A DNA stretch of 64,000 nucleotides from a virus, in IMG/VR virus record IMGVR_UViG_3300032236_001802, positions 1 to 64,000 of that record. One strand, written 5' to 3'. The notes below the pieces were generated by a model. It saw only the letters and a list, made by a program, of their open reading frames with translations. It was not told the origin of the DNA and did not search any database. Shown in pieces: positions 18,449-26,572 of the stretch. A program made the translations under genes and the position numbers. The first letter of the stretch is position 1. Each line of letters begins with the position of its first letter.

Positions 18449-18552
18449 CTTGGTTTTCTCCAGAGGGCTAGATGTAGCAAGGTGGCAAGGAATGCAGCAG
18501 TGATAAAAATGAGGGCGATTTTCATCGCTGCTGCCAGTATCAGGGCTGGCAT
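18445..18552 (-). CDS. 35-aa single-TM peptide (below ORF-track cutoff)
   Basis: MPALILAAAMKIALIFITAAFLATLLHLALWRKPR*; starts 3 nt after the upstream stop and overlaps the next gene by ATGA. Confidence 0.6.
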   Translation of the reverse strand: MPALILAAAMKIALIFITAAFLATLLHLALWRKPR

Positions 18553-18555
18553 GGC

Positions 18556-19233
18556 TTAACCTGCTCGGCGCTCAAACCTGAGCACGCGCCCACTGGTCGG
18601 GGTGTAGGTTGGTTCCTTCGCCTCTGGGCTGCGGACCTGCCCTCGGGCTGCTCGGTAGCGTTCCACTAGGGATTTTTTGGCCACAGTGGCTTTTGTGTTC
18701 TCCAGTGCAGTTTTCTCGCTGAACAGGGCACTTTCGTAGCCCATAGCGTTTTCGTGTTTAGTATTCTCCAACCCAATGCCCAGATCAAGCCGTAGCCGCT
18801 CCAGCTCAAAGGCGTTAGCGTCGCGGTGATTCAGGACGCCCATGCGGGTATTGTGCCCGTATGCTTCCTGATTGAGTTTGACCTCGGTGGCCGCGACGTT
18901 GGAGCGCGATCGCATCACGTTCTTAGCCAGTTCAAGCCGTTGGCGCTGAACTTCCTCCCAGGTTTCCAGGTTCCTGGTCTGAGTAGTGACGTACTGTTTC
19001 CAGTGCTCCAGAAGTTGAGTTAACGCGGCTCCATCGCCCTGGGCGTTGTTCACATCTTCTGCGGTCAAGTTGCCCCAGTTAACAACCCAGGGCAACGAAT
19101 CTGTCCAAGCCTGCACATCGCCCCATCGGGCATTCGCAATTCCAAACCGGGAGCCGCTGTCGGTACCGCCGCCGTCAGTTTCAATCCCAACAGCTTCGGC
19201 AGTAGTTGCAAAAATGCTCTTTTTCTTAGGCAT
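18556..19233 (-). CDS. coiled-coil protein
   Basis: GGAGG RBS; long heptad-like region. Confidence 0.7.
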   Translation of the reverse strand: MPKKKSIFATTAEAVGIETDGGGTDSGSRFGIANARWGDVQAWTDSLPWVVNWGNLTAEDVNNAQGDGAALTQLLEHWKQYVTTQTRNLETWEEVQRQRLELAKNVMRSRSNVAATEVKLNQEAYGHNTRMGVLNHRDANAFELERLRLDLGIGLENTKHENAMGYESALFSEKTALENTKATVAKKSLVERYRAARGQVRSPEAKEPTYTPTSGRVLRFERRAG

Positions 19234-19236
19234 GGG

Positions 19237-19728
19237 TTAAATCCCTCCTGGGGAAAGCTGCAAGGTGGTCTTAGGGGCGATCGCCTTCTGATCTGGGCCT
19301 TGCCCTTGAAGCGGCTGTGCAGACTTTGAGGGCAAAACCTGCACATCGATCGCCCGTGGGGTGACCGCCGATTCAATTGCCCCAACTTCGTAACCAGACA
19401 TAGTTTGGGTGATGCGAACCCGTTCCCCGATGAGATCCAGGGTTAGCCCGCACTGGGTGCTATAGGTGAAATCAACCCTGAGGTTAGTAGTTGGGCGATC
19501 GCCATACTGCCAATACTGACCACAGTGGATCGCGCCCATTTCTTCAACTAGAGCCTGCTCGGCCTGAATGTCGTTGTCGATGCATTCGATTAGCTGGTTA
19601 TCTCGCCGCCGCAGCAGTAGCAAGCGGTGACGCCCCAAACCCGAACGGCTCGGAGTATTTAACAGAGTGAGGATATGGAGCGTTTCGGATCGCGTCCGTG
19701 CGACCAGGGAATGGGGTGCGTAGATCAT
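19237..19728 (-). CDS. hypothetical protein
   Basis: ATGA-coupled within the operon. Confidence 0.6.
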   Translation of the reverse strand: MIYAPHSLVARTRSETLHILTLLNTPSRSGLGRHRLLLLRRRDNQLIECIDNDIQAEQALVEEMGAIHCGQYWQYGDRPTTNLRVDFTYSTQCGLTLDLIGERVRITQTMSGYEVGAIESAVTPRAIDVQVLPSKSAQPLQGQGPDQKAIAPKTTLQLSPGGI

Positions 19729-20141
19729 TGTAAAGCTCCTATTGTGACGTTCTCACCCGCTTTTCCATGGCTGGGTGAGAAGCATTTTTGTTGATTCATG
19801 TTTGCAATTGCCACTCCGATGGCAAGGCCGAAAGTTGTACCGAAGACGAAAGCACCAATGATCATCACCCTTGACCGCAGCGAAAACACTACCGACATCA
19901 TCGCTAACCGCATCTGCCACTCCTGTCGAATCAGATCGTACTGAGTGGCTGGATGTTCAGACGCGATCGCCTGTTGCTCGATTAACCTGGACAGCTCTGC
20001 ATCAGTCATTTCATTGACGCCGCGCAGAAGCCGATACTCTTGGACCGCTTGCCCCTGTACCAAGCCGTTGACCGATTTACACAGAGCGTCTGTTCGCTGC
20101 TGCGTAAATCGAGCTAAATACTTGGCATGGTAGGAAGTCAT
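19725..20141 (-). CDS. single-TM protein
   Basis: Hydrophobic segment VMIIGAFVFGTTFGLAIGVAIA. Confidence 0.6.
   Translation of the reverse strand: MTSYHAKYLARFTQQRTDALCKSVNGLVQGQAVQEYRLLRGVNEMTDAELSRLIEQQAIASEHPATQYDLIRQEWQMRLAMMSVVFSLRSRVMIIGAFVFGTTFGLAIGVAIANMNQQKCFSPSHGKAGENVTIGALQ
19750..19781. repeat. TTCTCACCC-N14-GGGTGAGAA site, copy 1 (intragenic)
   Basis: Same arms and spacer length as the sites at 42495 and 52162. Confidence 0.7.
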
Positions 20142-20143
20142 TG

Positions 20144-20518
20144 TTAGGCGAGTCCGTATTTTTGTAAGAAATCGGTAACCTTAGCGTCCGAATCCTTGAT
20201 AAGCCCGTCTACAGCCGTGCTTAGTTCGGTTTGGCGGGCCACTGTTGCGGCGTTGATACCGCCAGCCCTGCGCTCAAGCTTTGCTCGAACTTCAGCGTCG
20301 ATCGCTTCAGGGATGGCCCCATAGATGGAAGCGATCGCGCCGCTGGCTTGGTTAACAATCTGACTGGCTGTCTGTGCAGCTTCCTGAACTGCTGCGACTC
20401 CAGTTCCCTGGATCACAACGGCAAGAGAGTCCTTTTTACTGGTCTTTTTCCGCTTGACCCCGGTTGGGGCTGGCTGCGGAATACTGGATTCTGTTTTCGC
20501 TAATTCTGAACTTGACAT
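20144..20518 (-). CDS. helical hypothetical protein
   Basis: Coupled ORF within the operon. Confidence 0.6.
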   Translation of the reverse strand: MSSSELAKTESSIPQPAPTGVKRKKTSKKDSLAVVIQGTGVAAVQEAAQTASQIVNQASGAIASIYGAIPEAIDAEVRAKLERRAGGINAATVARQTELSTAVDGLIKDSDAKVTDFLQKYGLA

Positions 20519-20820
20519 AGCTCGTAAACCCTCCTTAGGGCGAGTGGGTAGAGCCGGTTATAGGTGTCTCCGGCAAAGTTGCGGACTCCGGCATAGTGCA
20601 GCATGGCGCAAGTGGTCAGCCCAGCGGCAATCTGTAAATTGACCTCATCTGAGGAAGTTCCCCGGATTGAGAACCGAGAGCACCAACGGGAAAAGGTTGG
20701 GGCCGGGATGGGCTTACCCGCGATGTGTTCACACCATTCCCGCAGGTAACCGAGGGACAATCGAATTTCCTCCGGCGTAGTGGTGTGAGTTTCAGTTTCG
20801 CGTGTGAAAACTTGGGGCAT
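20500..20820 (-). CDS. putative HTH protein, first gene of the membrane/ATPase operon
   Basis: LSLGYLREWC...PAPTFSRWC; AAGGA RBS. Confidence 0.55.
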   Translation of the reverse strand: MPQVFTRETETHTTTPEEIRLSLGYLREWCEHIAGKPIPAPTFSRWCSRFSIRGTSSDEVNLQIAAGLTTCAMLHYAGVRNFAGDTYNRLYPLALRRVYELCQVQN

Positions 20821-20982
20821 GATCCTTGATTTCTGGCGGTTTTAGAGTTTCATGTGTGAAAAAATCCGAAACTTAAATAAGAGATTAACACAGGTTTTGG
20901 AGTTTTCACCGTTTTTCTGTCGGTGTTTTGTCGGGTTGATAGCGGCTTGCTGTACGATAGGAACACCTGAAAGGTGTGTGAT

Positions 20983-21297
20983 ATGGCAAAACCCGAATCT
21001 ATCCGAATTGATATCCGAGTAACCCCGAAACAGCTTGAGCGGGCAGATGACCTGGCTAACGCTTTGACAAGCGATCGCCCGGACGTAATGAGAACGGCCT
21101 TGGATCTGGGTTTTGATCAGTTGGAGCTTCGGCAGTTGCAGCACTGGCAGTATTTGAATGCCAAGCTGGTCAATGCGAAGCTGGGAGGGCGGCGGCAGAA
21201 CATAGCCGATGCCCTGGATCTGCTTACTCAGGATGGCGAGGATCTTGAGGGCCGGATTAAAAAAGTAATTGCCCTACTTGAAGGGGCGATCGGTTGA
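20983..21297 (+). CDS. putative RHH regulator, divergent from the ATPase operon
   Basis: IRIDIRVTPKQLERADDLA...RPDVMRTAL. Confidence 0.6.
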   Translation: MAKPESIRIDIRVTPKQLERADDLANALTSDRPDVMRTALDLGFDQLELRQLQHWQYLNAKLVNAKLGGRRQNIADALDLLTQDGEDLEGRIKKVIALLEGAIG

Positions 21298-21435
21298 TGC
21301 GATCGCGTTGACCAAGAATTTGAGGGTGGGCTGCTGCTGCACTACCTCATACCCATGCCAGCCCACCCAAACCCCGCCGCCAAAGGTTAGGGTTAGGGGG
21401 ATTAAGTAGCACACTAACTTAATGATTTTCATGGA

Positions 21436-21948
21436 TTATCCCTTTTTGCGCGCCCGCACGGGAGGGGCCGGGGATGGTTGGGGAGCGGGTTGGGCTTCAA
21501 TCCTGGCATCCTCCAACCGCATCAACCGTAACCAAGCGGCGTCCAATCGGTTGGATTCGGAGATCTGCCGCGCTCTGATCTCACTCCAGCCTGCGAACCC
21601 TGTTGCCAGCAGCAACCCAGCGATCGCCGTCAGGGTCCAAGCCGCTTTGGTGATCTTGAGATGCTTGGCAGGGTTCGGTTGAGGGTATTCCAGAGCATTG
21701 AGGCGATCGTTCAGACTATCGCCCTCGACTCTGGTCAGATAGTCTTGCGTCATCTGGAGTTCGATCAACTCCAATCGATTGGATAACAGGGTTAGCTGTT
21801 CGCCCTGTATGGCGAACCCAACATCAGACGAGCCTAACCGCCTGTGTATGGCCTGCAAGTCGGCTCGGGTAACGGGAGGCAGTTCTACCGTTTTAGGCTC
21901 CTGTGTTTGTTCAATCTCGGTTTCTGAAATCTTTGAAATCTTGAGCAT
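21436..21948 (-). CDS. coiled-coil protein with one TM
   Basis: GGAG RBS before ATG 21948; AWTLTAIAGLLLATGFAGW. Confidence 0.6.
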   Translation of the reverse strand: MLKISKISETEIEQTQEPKTVELPPVTRADLQAIHRRLGSSDVGFAIQGEQLTLLSNRLELIELQMTQDYLTRVEGDSLNDRLNALEYPQPNPAKHLKITKAAWTLTAIAGLLLATGFAGWSEIRARQISESNRLDAAWLRLMRLEDARIEAQPAPQPSPAPPVRARKKG

Positions 21949-22056
21949 ACTGTTCTCCATACACGAAAGACACGCCGATGATAGCAGCAAACCCGACAAA
22001 AAACCGTTATTTTGTCGGGGTAATCACGGTTTTTTCAGATTGCATCCCTTTTAGGG

Positions 22057-22085
22057 TTGACAACCAACCACGGGTAAGCGATACT
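22057..22085 (+). promoter_or_regulatory. sigma70-type promoter
   Basis: TTGACA-N17-GATACT. Confidence 0.65.
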
Positions 22086-22240
22086 GAAAGAGTAACGAAC
22101 GCGAGAGGATCGCAAGTATGATGACAGCGCGTAAAGAGGGGTTATTGAGTTTTCGCTGTTGCCCGCAGATGAAAAACTGCTGAAAGTGAAGGTTGATTGC
22201 TAGTTCGGATCAAAAACCATCAAAAACCAAGGAAACTGCC

Positions 22241-22696
22241 ATGTCGAATATTGAATACATCAACGGTCAAGAAAGTCACACCTCTAACTGGGGGAAATAC
22301 TACGTCAAAGGGCTGGAAAAGTGGGGAGTCAAGGAAGATTTTGCCGAGAATCGGCAAGACAAGCATCATTCTTATCAAGGTATCTGTGCCACGGAAGTTC
22401 CAGACGGAACGATTTTTACAATATTTGAACAGTCGGGAAACAAGCACGGTACAGATACCTATGTGTTTACGGTTTGCGAAACAAGCGATGAATCCTTTAC
22501 CAGCGATATATCTGGGTATGGATCGGGTAAGTGTGAAGGGAATTTTAAGATTATTGCCCGTGGCGCAACAAAAACAACCGCGCCGCGCCTAATGCAATGG
22601 TGGATCGATTCTTCGGTGAAAACCTTGGAATTTGCCCAGCACTGCGCGACGTACATCACAAAAAGGGGGATTAAAGAGCTTCCGCCTATGTCGTAG
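22241..22696 (+). CDS. hypothetical protein
   Basis: AAGGA RBS; 151 aa. Confidence 0.65.
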   Translation: MSNIEYINGQESHTSNWGKYYVKGLEKWGVKEDFAENRQDKHHSYQGICATEVPDGTIFTIFEQSGNKHGTDTYVFTVCETSDESFTSDISGYGSGKCEGNFKIIARGATKTTAPRLMQWWIDSSVKTLEFAQHCATYITKRGIKELPPMS

Positions 22697-22781
22697 CTAG
22701 ATTTCATTTCCCAGTTAAACCTACAAGCAGGAGACAAGATGATTTTTGTTGCAGCTACTGAGATGCTTGGCATGGTCGCAT

Positions 22782-22922
22782 TAGGTCCGGAGGAGGCGCG
22801 CCTCTCGCAAGAGGCGGCAGAAACTACCTGTTTCATAGTCCCGATAGGTCCGGAGGAGGCGCGCCTCTCGCAAGAGGCGGCAGAAACTACCTGTTTCATA
22901 GTCCCGATAGGTCCGGAGGAGG
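22782..22922. repeat. 63-bp exact tandem repeat (2.25 copies)
   Basis: Units start at 22782, 22845 and 22908; each full unit holds the hairpin CGCCTCT-cgca-AGAGGCG. Confidence 0.9.
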
Positions 22923-22966
22923 TGCAAAGTTAGGCGATCCTTATTTCCAAATTTCCCATTTTCAAA

Positions 22967-23002
22967 TAGGTTTACTGAACTTTGAAAAGTTCAGTAAACC
23001 TA
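22967..23002. repeat. 17-bp perfect inverted repeat with a 2-nt centre
   Basis: TAGGTTTACTGAACTTT-ga-AAAGTTCAGTAAACCTA. Confidence 0.9.
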
Positions 23003-23006
23003 CAGC

Positions 23007-23369
23007 ATGACTATAACTATGTTTCTAATTTTTCTGACCTCTGTTGCTTCTTTTTGGTTGAGCCAATATTTCACCCTTGAGCGGGGCGGTGGGCTTTACC
23101 GTGGCGAGTTCATGTCCGCGCGGTTTATTGCAGATGTGGTTCAAGCCTGGAATCTGCTGCTACTAGTAAGCCGCTGGGTTGTGAAGGTAGGGCGATCGCG
23201 CCGAAAATTTTTCAATCAGTTTGGATGGGTGGGCCTATTGCGTTTTACCGAAGGCGGTTTTGTTGATGATGAGTTCTTTGACAAAGGTGTGGGTTACCCT
23301 GCGGGGATAGCTGTCCCCTCCGCCGATCAATACACGGATAAGATCAAGATCTGGGAGGCGCATGAATAG
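23007..23369 (+). CDS. membrane protein
   Basis: Hydrophobic N-terminus; overlaps the next gene. Confidence 0.5.
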   Translation: MTITMFLIFLTSVASFWLSQYFTLERGGGLYRGEFMSARFIADVVQAWNLLLLVSRWVVKVGRSRRKFFNQFGWVGLLRFTEGGFVDDEFFDKGVGYPAGIAVPSADQYTDKIKIWEAHE

Positions 23370-23811
23370 CGTCCCGTTGCAGAAGATTGAAAACGCGGCT
23401 CAGTACATCGCGGCTGTTGGCGAGCTGCAAGATTTACTCCAGAAAGAGCCGATGGACAGCCCCAGAGTCGCAGCTATGGCGATCGCCCTGGTTAGCCAAG
23501 CTCAAGCCCATCTGGCGGCTCCGGTCAAGATGGCGATCGCCATAATGGAATGTGTCAAATCAGGGCCAATGACTAATGCAGAGATTGCCAAAAAAATTGG
23601 GCGATCGCCTGAATCCGTGCGGCAGGCAATTGAAGCGCTCAAGCATGGCGGGGTGGAGCTTCAGGAATCCAGCGCCGGAAATTTCCGGGCCACTGGTAGA
23701 CCTTACGTCCTCCATCAGTACCGGACTGCTAGACCATTGTTTGAAGCTGCCGCGCAGGCCCAGGCAGAGGCGGCTGAAGCAACTTCGTTTGAAGGAAGGA
23801 GTTCAACATGA
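23362..23811 (+). CDS. winged-HTH DNA-binding protein
   Basis: MTNAEIAKKIGRSPESVRQAIEALKHGG. Confidence 0.7.
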   Translation: MNSVPLQKIENAAQYIAAVGELQDLLQKEPMDSPRVAAMAIALVSQAQAHLAAPVKMAIAIMECVKSGPMTNAEIAKKIGRSPESVRQAIEALKHGGVELQESSAGNFRATGRPYVLHQYRTARPLFEAAAQAQAEAAEATSFEGRSST

Positions 23812-24119
23812 AAGCTATGGCTGTTTTGACTCAAGACTTTCACCCTTTTAGAGAGGGTGATAGCTTTGAAATACAGAGAGATAGTGAAACAGCATATCTA
23901 TGCTCAAGCGGGGCAGGATTATTTCTGATTCCGAAAACCTCATTAGTGGTTTATCAAGTTCCGGGAAATATCTTTTTGCAATGTGCCGCCTGTAAAACGG
24001 TCCTCGATATACCATTTGCGTCTGATCACCTCTGTCACCCTGCTGGATGGATCTTTACTAGTAGCCATAAAAAATATTGCTCTAGCACTTGTTACGAAAA
24101 TTGCAAAGATTCACCGTAA
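23808..24119 (+). CDS. hypothetical protein with a Zn-binding C-terminus
   Basis: CAAC...GW...YCSSTC; AGGAG RBS. Confidence 0.6.
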   Translation: MKAMAVLTQDFHPFREGDSFEIQRDSETAYLCSSGAGLFLIPKTSLVVYQVPGNIFLQCAACKTVLDIPFASDHLCHPAGWIFTSSHKKYCSSTCYENCKDSP

Positions 24120-24121
24120 CC

Positions 24122-24811
24122 ATGATCTACACCTCATACTTTCGCGGCCCCACTATCGGCGATCGCGTCTCAATCTCCAGATCGGTCCCCAAGGGCTATG
24201 CCATTGCCGATAAGTGGTCTGTGTTCCAGCCCTCGAAAGAGTTGCTGCAATCCTGGAAAAACAGCGCCCAGGATGATGCAGCATGGGGGGAGTATATCGC
24301 AGGCTACAGGGAACTGCTACGCCTGCGACGGGATGAGTTGATGGCACTGGCCGAGGATCCGCCAAAGAACGATGTAACCCTACTCTGTTGGGAAAAGGAC
24401 CGCGATCGCTGCCATCGATCGCTAGTGGGAAAATGGATTACCCATTTCCTACCCGACCTGTGGGGCGGGGAAGTGCCCGTGCAACCCGTGCAACCCATAG
24501 AGCCGCAGGAGATGCCACAAGCACAGCCAGAAGCCCCAGCACCCAGCCTGATTGAATCACTGATAGATCCAATTGACTCCGAGGAAATAGCGCTCTATCA
24601 GTGGATTTTGAGCGCTCAGGATACGATGCAGGTTCCTGACGGGCTTTACCTGCATCCCCATATCCGGATCTGCAACGGTCAAAACTTCCTAAGGAAACTG
24701 GTTGAAGACACCCATACCGCGATCGCGGGTAACTCTGCGCGATCGCGGTATGGGGCACTAGCAAAGGACTTGGCGGCGCTCAAAGCTATTTTAGAAAATA
24801 GCTTGACATAG
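24122..24811 (+). CDS. DUF488-like protein with C-terminal extension
   Basis: MIYTSYF, SISRSVP, PSKELL, LLCWEK...CHRSLV. Confidence 0.7.
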   Translation: MIYTSYFRGPTIGDRVSISRSVPKGYAIADKWSVFQPSKELLQSWKNSAQDDAAWGEYIAGYRELLRLRRDELMALAEDPPKNDVTLLCWEKDRDRCHRSLVGKWITHFLPDLWGGEVPVQPVQPIEPQEMPQAQPEAPAPSLIESLIDPIDSEEIALYQWILSAQDTMQVPDGLYLHPHIRICNGQNFLRKLVEDTHTAIAGNSARSRYGALAKDLAALKAILENSLT

Positions 24812-24831
24812 CTCCTACTAGGAGCTTTAAT
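24803..24831 (+). promoter_or_regulatory. sigma70 promoter with an operator palindrome in the spacer
   Basis: TTGACA-N17-TTTAAT; spacer holds AGCTCCTA-C-TAGGAGCT. Confidence 0.7.
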
Positions 24832-24893
24832 AGATTTAAGGGCGAAGACGCCTGAAGCAAACCGCGAAATTAAACCAAGCAAGAAGGATATTT

Positions 24894-25286
24894 ATGGAAA
24901 GCGTTCTGGCATTTGATCTGGGTGAAGCCGTTGCCGTAACTGCTGACGAGTCAGGGGTTCAGCTTTGGACCGCAGGCTATAGCAGTAATTGCAAGGTGTT
25001 TGAAGAAAATGGTAGAAAAAAGCTTTTGTCTGGTGATTCCGGGTATCGGTGGAAAAAAGAGAAGAAAACCGCGAAATATTGCGAGTATGCGAGCTTCTGG
25101 TTTGGAGATTTTCCCTACAGTAGTTGGTGCTACGCTATCCGCCGTTGCCTGGTAACTGGTGAGGTTCAGGTAAGCGAGATCGCAACTGATATAAACAGTA
25201 GGGGTCCATCAACCCATGACCGATGGATCGCAAACTATCAGTCCTATGTACCTTCCTGCGTGGAGGCGGATCATATCCTCGCTTAG
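24894..25286 (+). CDS. hypothetical protein
   Basis: AAGGA RBS; follows the promoter. Confidence 0.6.
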   Translation: MESVLAFDLGEAVAVTADESGVQLWTAGYSSNCKVFEENGRKKLLSGDSGYRWKKEKKTAKYCEYASFWFGDFPYSSWCYAIRRCLVTGEVQVSEIATDINSRGPSTHDRWIANYQSYVPSCVEADHILA

Positions 25287-25342
25287 GGCGCTCTTAGGGA
25301 ATTTCCATTAGATTTTTAGTTATTTCAGCTAAGGAGTCAAGA

Positions 25343-25882
25343 ATGATTATCACGCCAGAGATTCAGTTGCACGAAGAAGAGTACCGCCCGTGGCTTATGG
25401 CCGCGCAAAATGCAGGCTACAAGCCAGAATATTTCGGTAATGGTGTGCTGTACAACCACCCAGAGATTCATCACTTCTCCTGCTCCCCTTGGGGAGCAGG
25501 ACACTGGGTTGACAGCGATGGCAACCGACTGGAACGGCCTGGTAGCCCGTGGTACTGGCCAGAAAATCGCTCAATCCTGGACGGCGGCGGGAACGCCGCA
25601 GTTCAAGAAAGAGCGCGGTTGAAAACGTATAAGTTTGTCTGCGACACAATATTAATCCACTGTCAGAAGGAGGCGATCGAGCCTGAAGATGGAAACTGGG
25701 CAAATCATTACCCTTACAGACAGTTTGTAATTGAAGTGACCAGGGCGGGTGACACCTACTCTGTTACCAAGGTTGAAACTAAGATCAATAGCCAGGTCTG
25801 CCCGGTTGGGGAAACAGCCGCCAACTTTGTTGGTGGGATGACTGGCGGTGGGGTATTCGCTGCGGTCAACGGTTGGGATTAA
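25343..25882 (+). CDS. hypothetical protein
   Basis: AAGGAG RBS. Confidence 0.65.
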   Translation: MIITPEIQLHEEEYRPWLMAAQNAGYKPEYFGNGVLYNHPEIHHFSCSPWGAGHWVDSDGNRLERPGSPWYWPENRSILDGGGNAAVQERARLKTYKFVCDTILIHCQKEAIEPEDGNWANHYPYRQFVIEVTRAGDTYSVTKVETKINSQVCPVGETAANFVGGMTGGGVFAAVNGWD

Positions 25883-25883
25883 G

Positions 25884-26135
25884 ATGCAGAAATCAACGAT
25901 CGCATCTTTGCGAGTGTCCGGCCCCAACCTTTTGAAAGGGGTTGTCCCCAAGGTGCCAACGGTGACAGAAGGCAAGATCCTCTTAATCCTGGACTTCCTT
26001 AAGCAAAACCCAGGAAGCCATACAGCGGCGCGACTTGGGGCTGTTGTTGGGTGGGGCGATCGCCAAACCCGGCAAGCCCTATGGGCGATCGGCCTCCAAG
26101 GTCGAAAAGGCAAAGGTTACGAGTGGAAACGATAA
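25884..26135 (+). CDS. small winged-HTH protein
   Basis: ILDFLKQNPG..TAARLGAVVGWGDRQTRQAL. Confidence 0.55.
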   Translation: MQKSTIASLRVSGPNLLKGVVPKVPTVTEGKILLILDFLKQNPGSHTAARLGAVVGWGDRQTRQALWAIGLQGRKGKGYEWKR

Positions 26136-26158
26136 ACCAAAAACCAAGATCAAAACCC

Positions 26159-26572
26159 ATGAAAGGCAATCTTTACGCAATTCCTACAAATCCAGAAATC
26201 GTATCGGCGATCGCGCAGCCGATGTATGAGCGAACGCCCCACCCGCAGCACATTACTCTGGCTTACAACATAGATGAACACTCTGTTCATGCTGACAGCA
26301 CGGGAATTGTCTTCTCGGCCCCGGTTGTGAGCCAGTGTTGGAATGACCGCACTCAATGCCTAAAGGTTATTCTGCCTACTGGCATCCCTTGGGCCTGGGG
26401 CCAAGAAAAGACCCCTCACATTACCCTATCGTGGCCGCAGGGATCCGCCCCAGTTCAATCAAGCCTCATGCTTGCATCAAGCGGTTATAGTGAAACCGTT
26501 TTCCCTGAGCCGATCTTTGTGGTGTTCAGAGTTGAGTTTGTACCCTACGTGGAAAAGGAGCCACAATTCTAG
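26159..26572 (+). CDS. 2H phosphoesterase family protein
   Basis: Two HxT motifs (QHITLAY and PHITLSW) about 55 aa apart. Confidence 0.7.
   Translation: MKGNLYAIPTNPEIVSAIAQPMYERTPHPQHITLAYNIDEHSVHADSTGIVFSAPVVSQCWNDRTQCLKVILPTGIPWAWGQEKTPHITLSWPQGSAPVQSSLMLASSGYSETVFPEPIFVVFRVEFVPYVEKEPQF

Noticed and set aside
22782-22922. CRISPR mini-array
   Set aside because: The units are fully identical with no unique spacers, and there are no cas genes.
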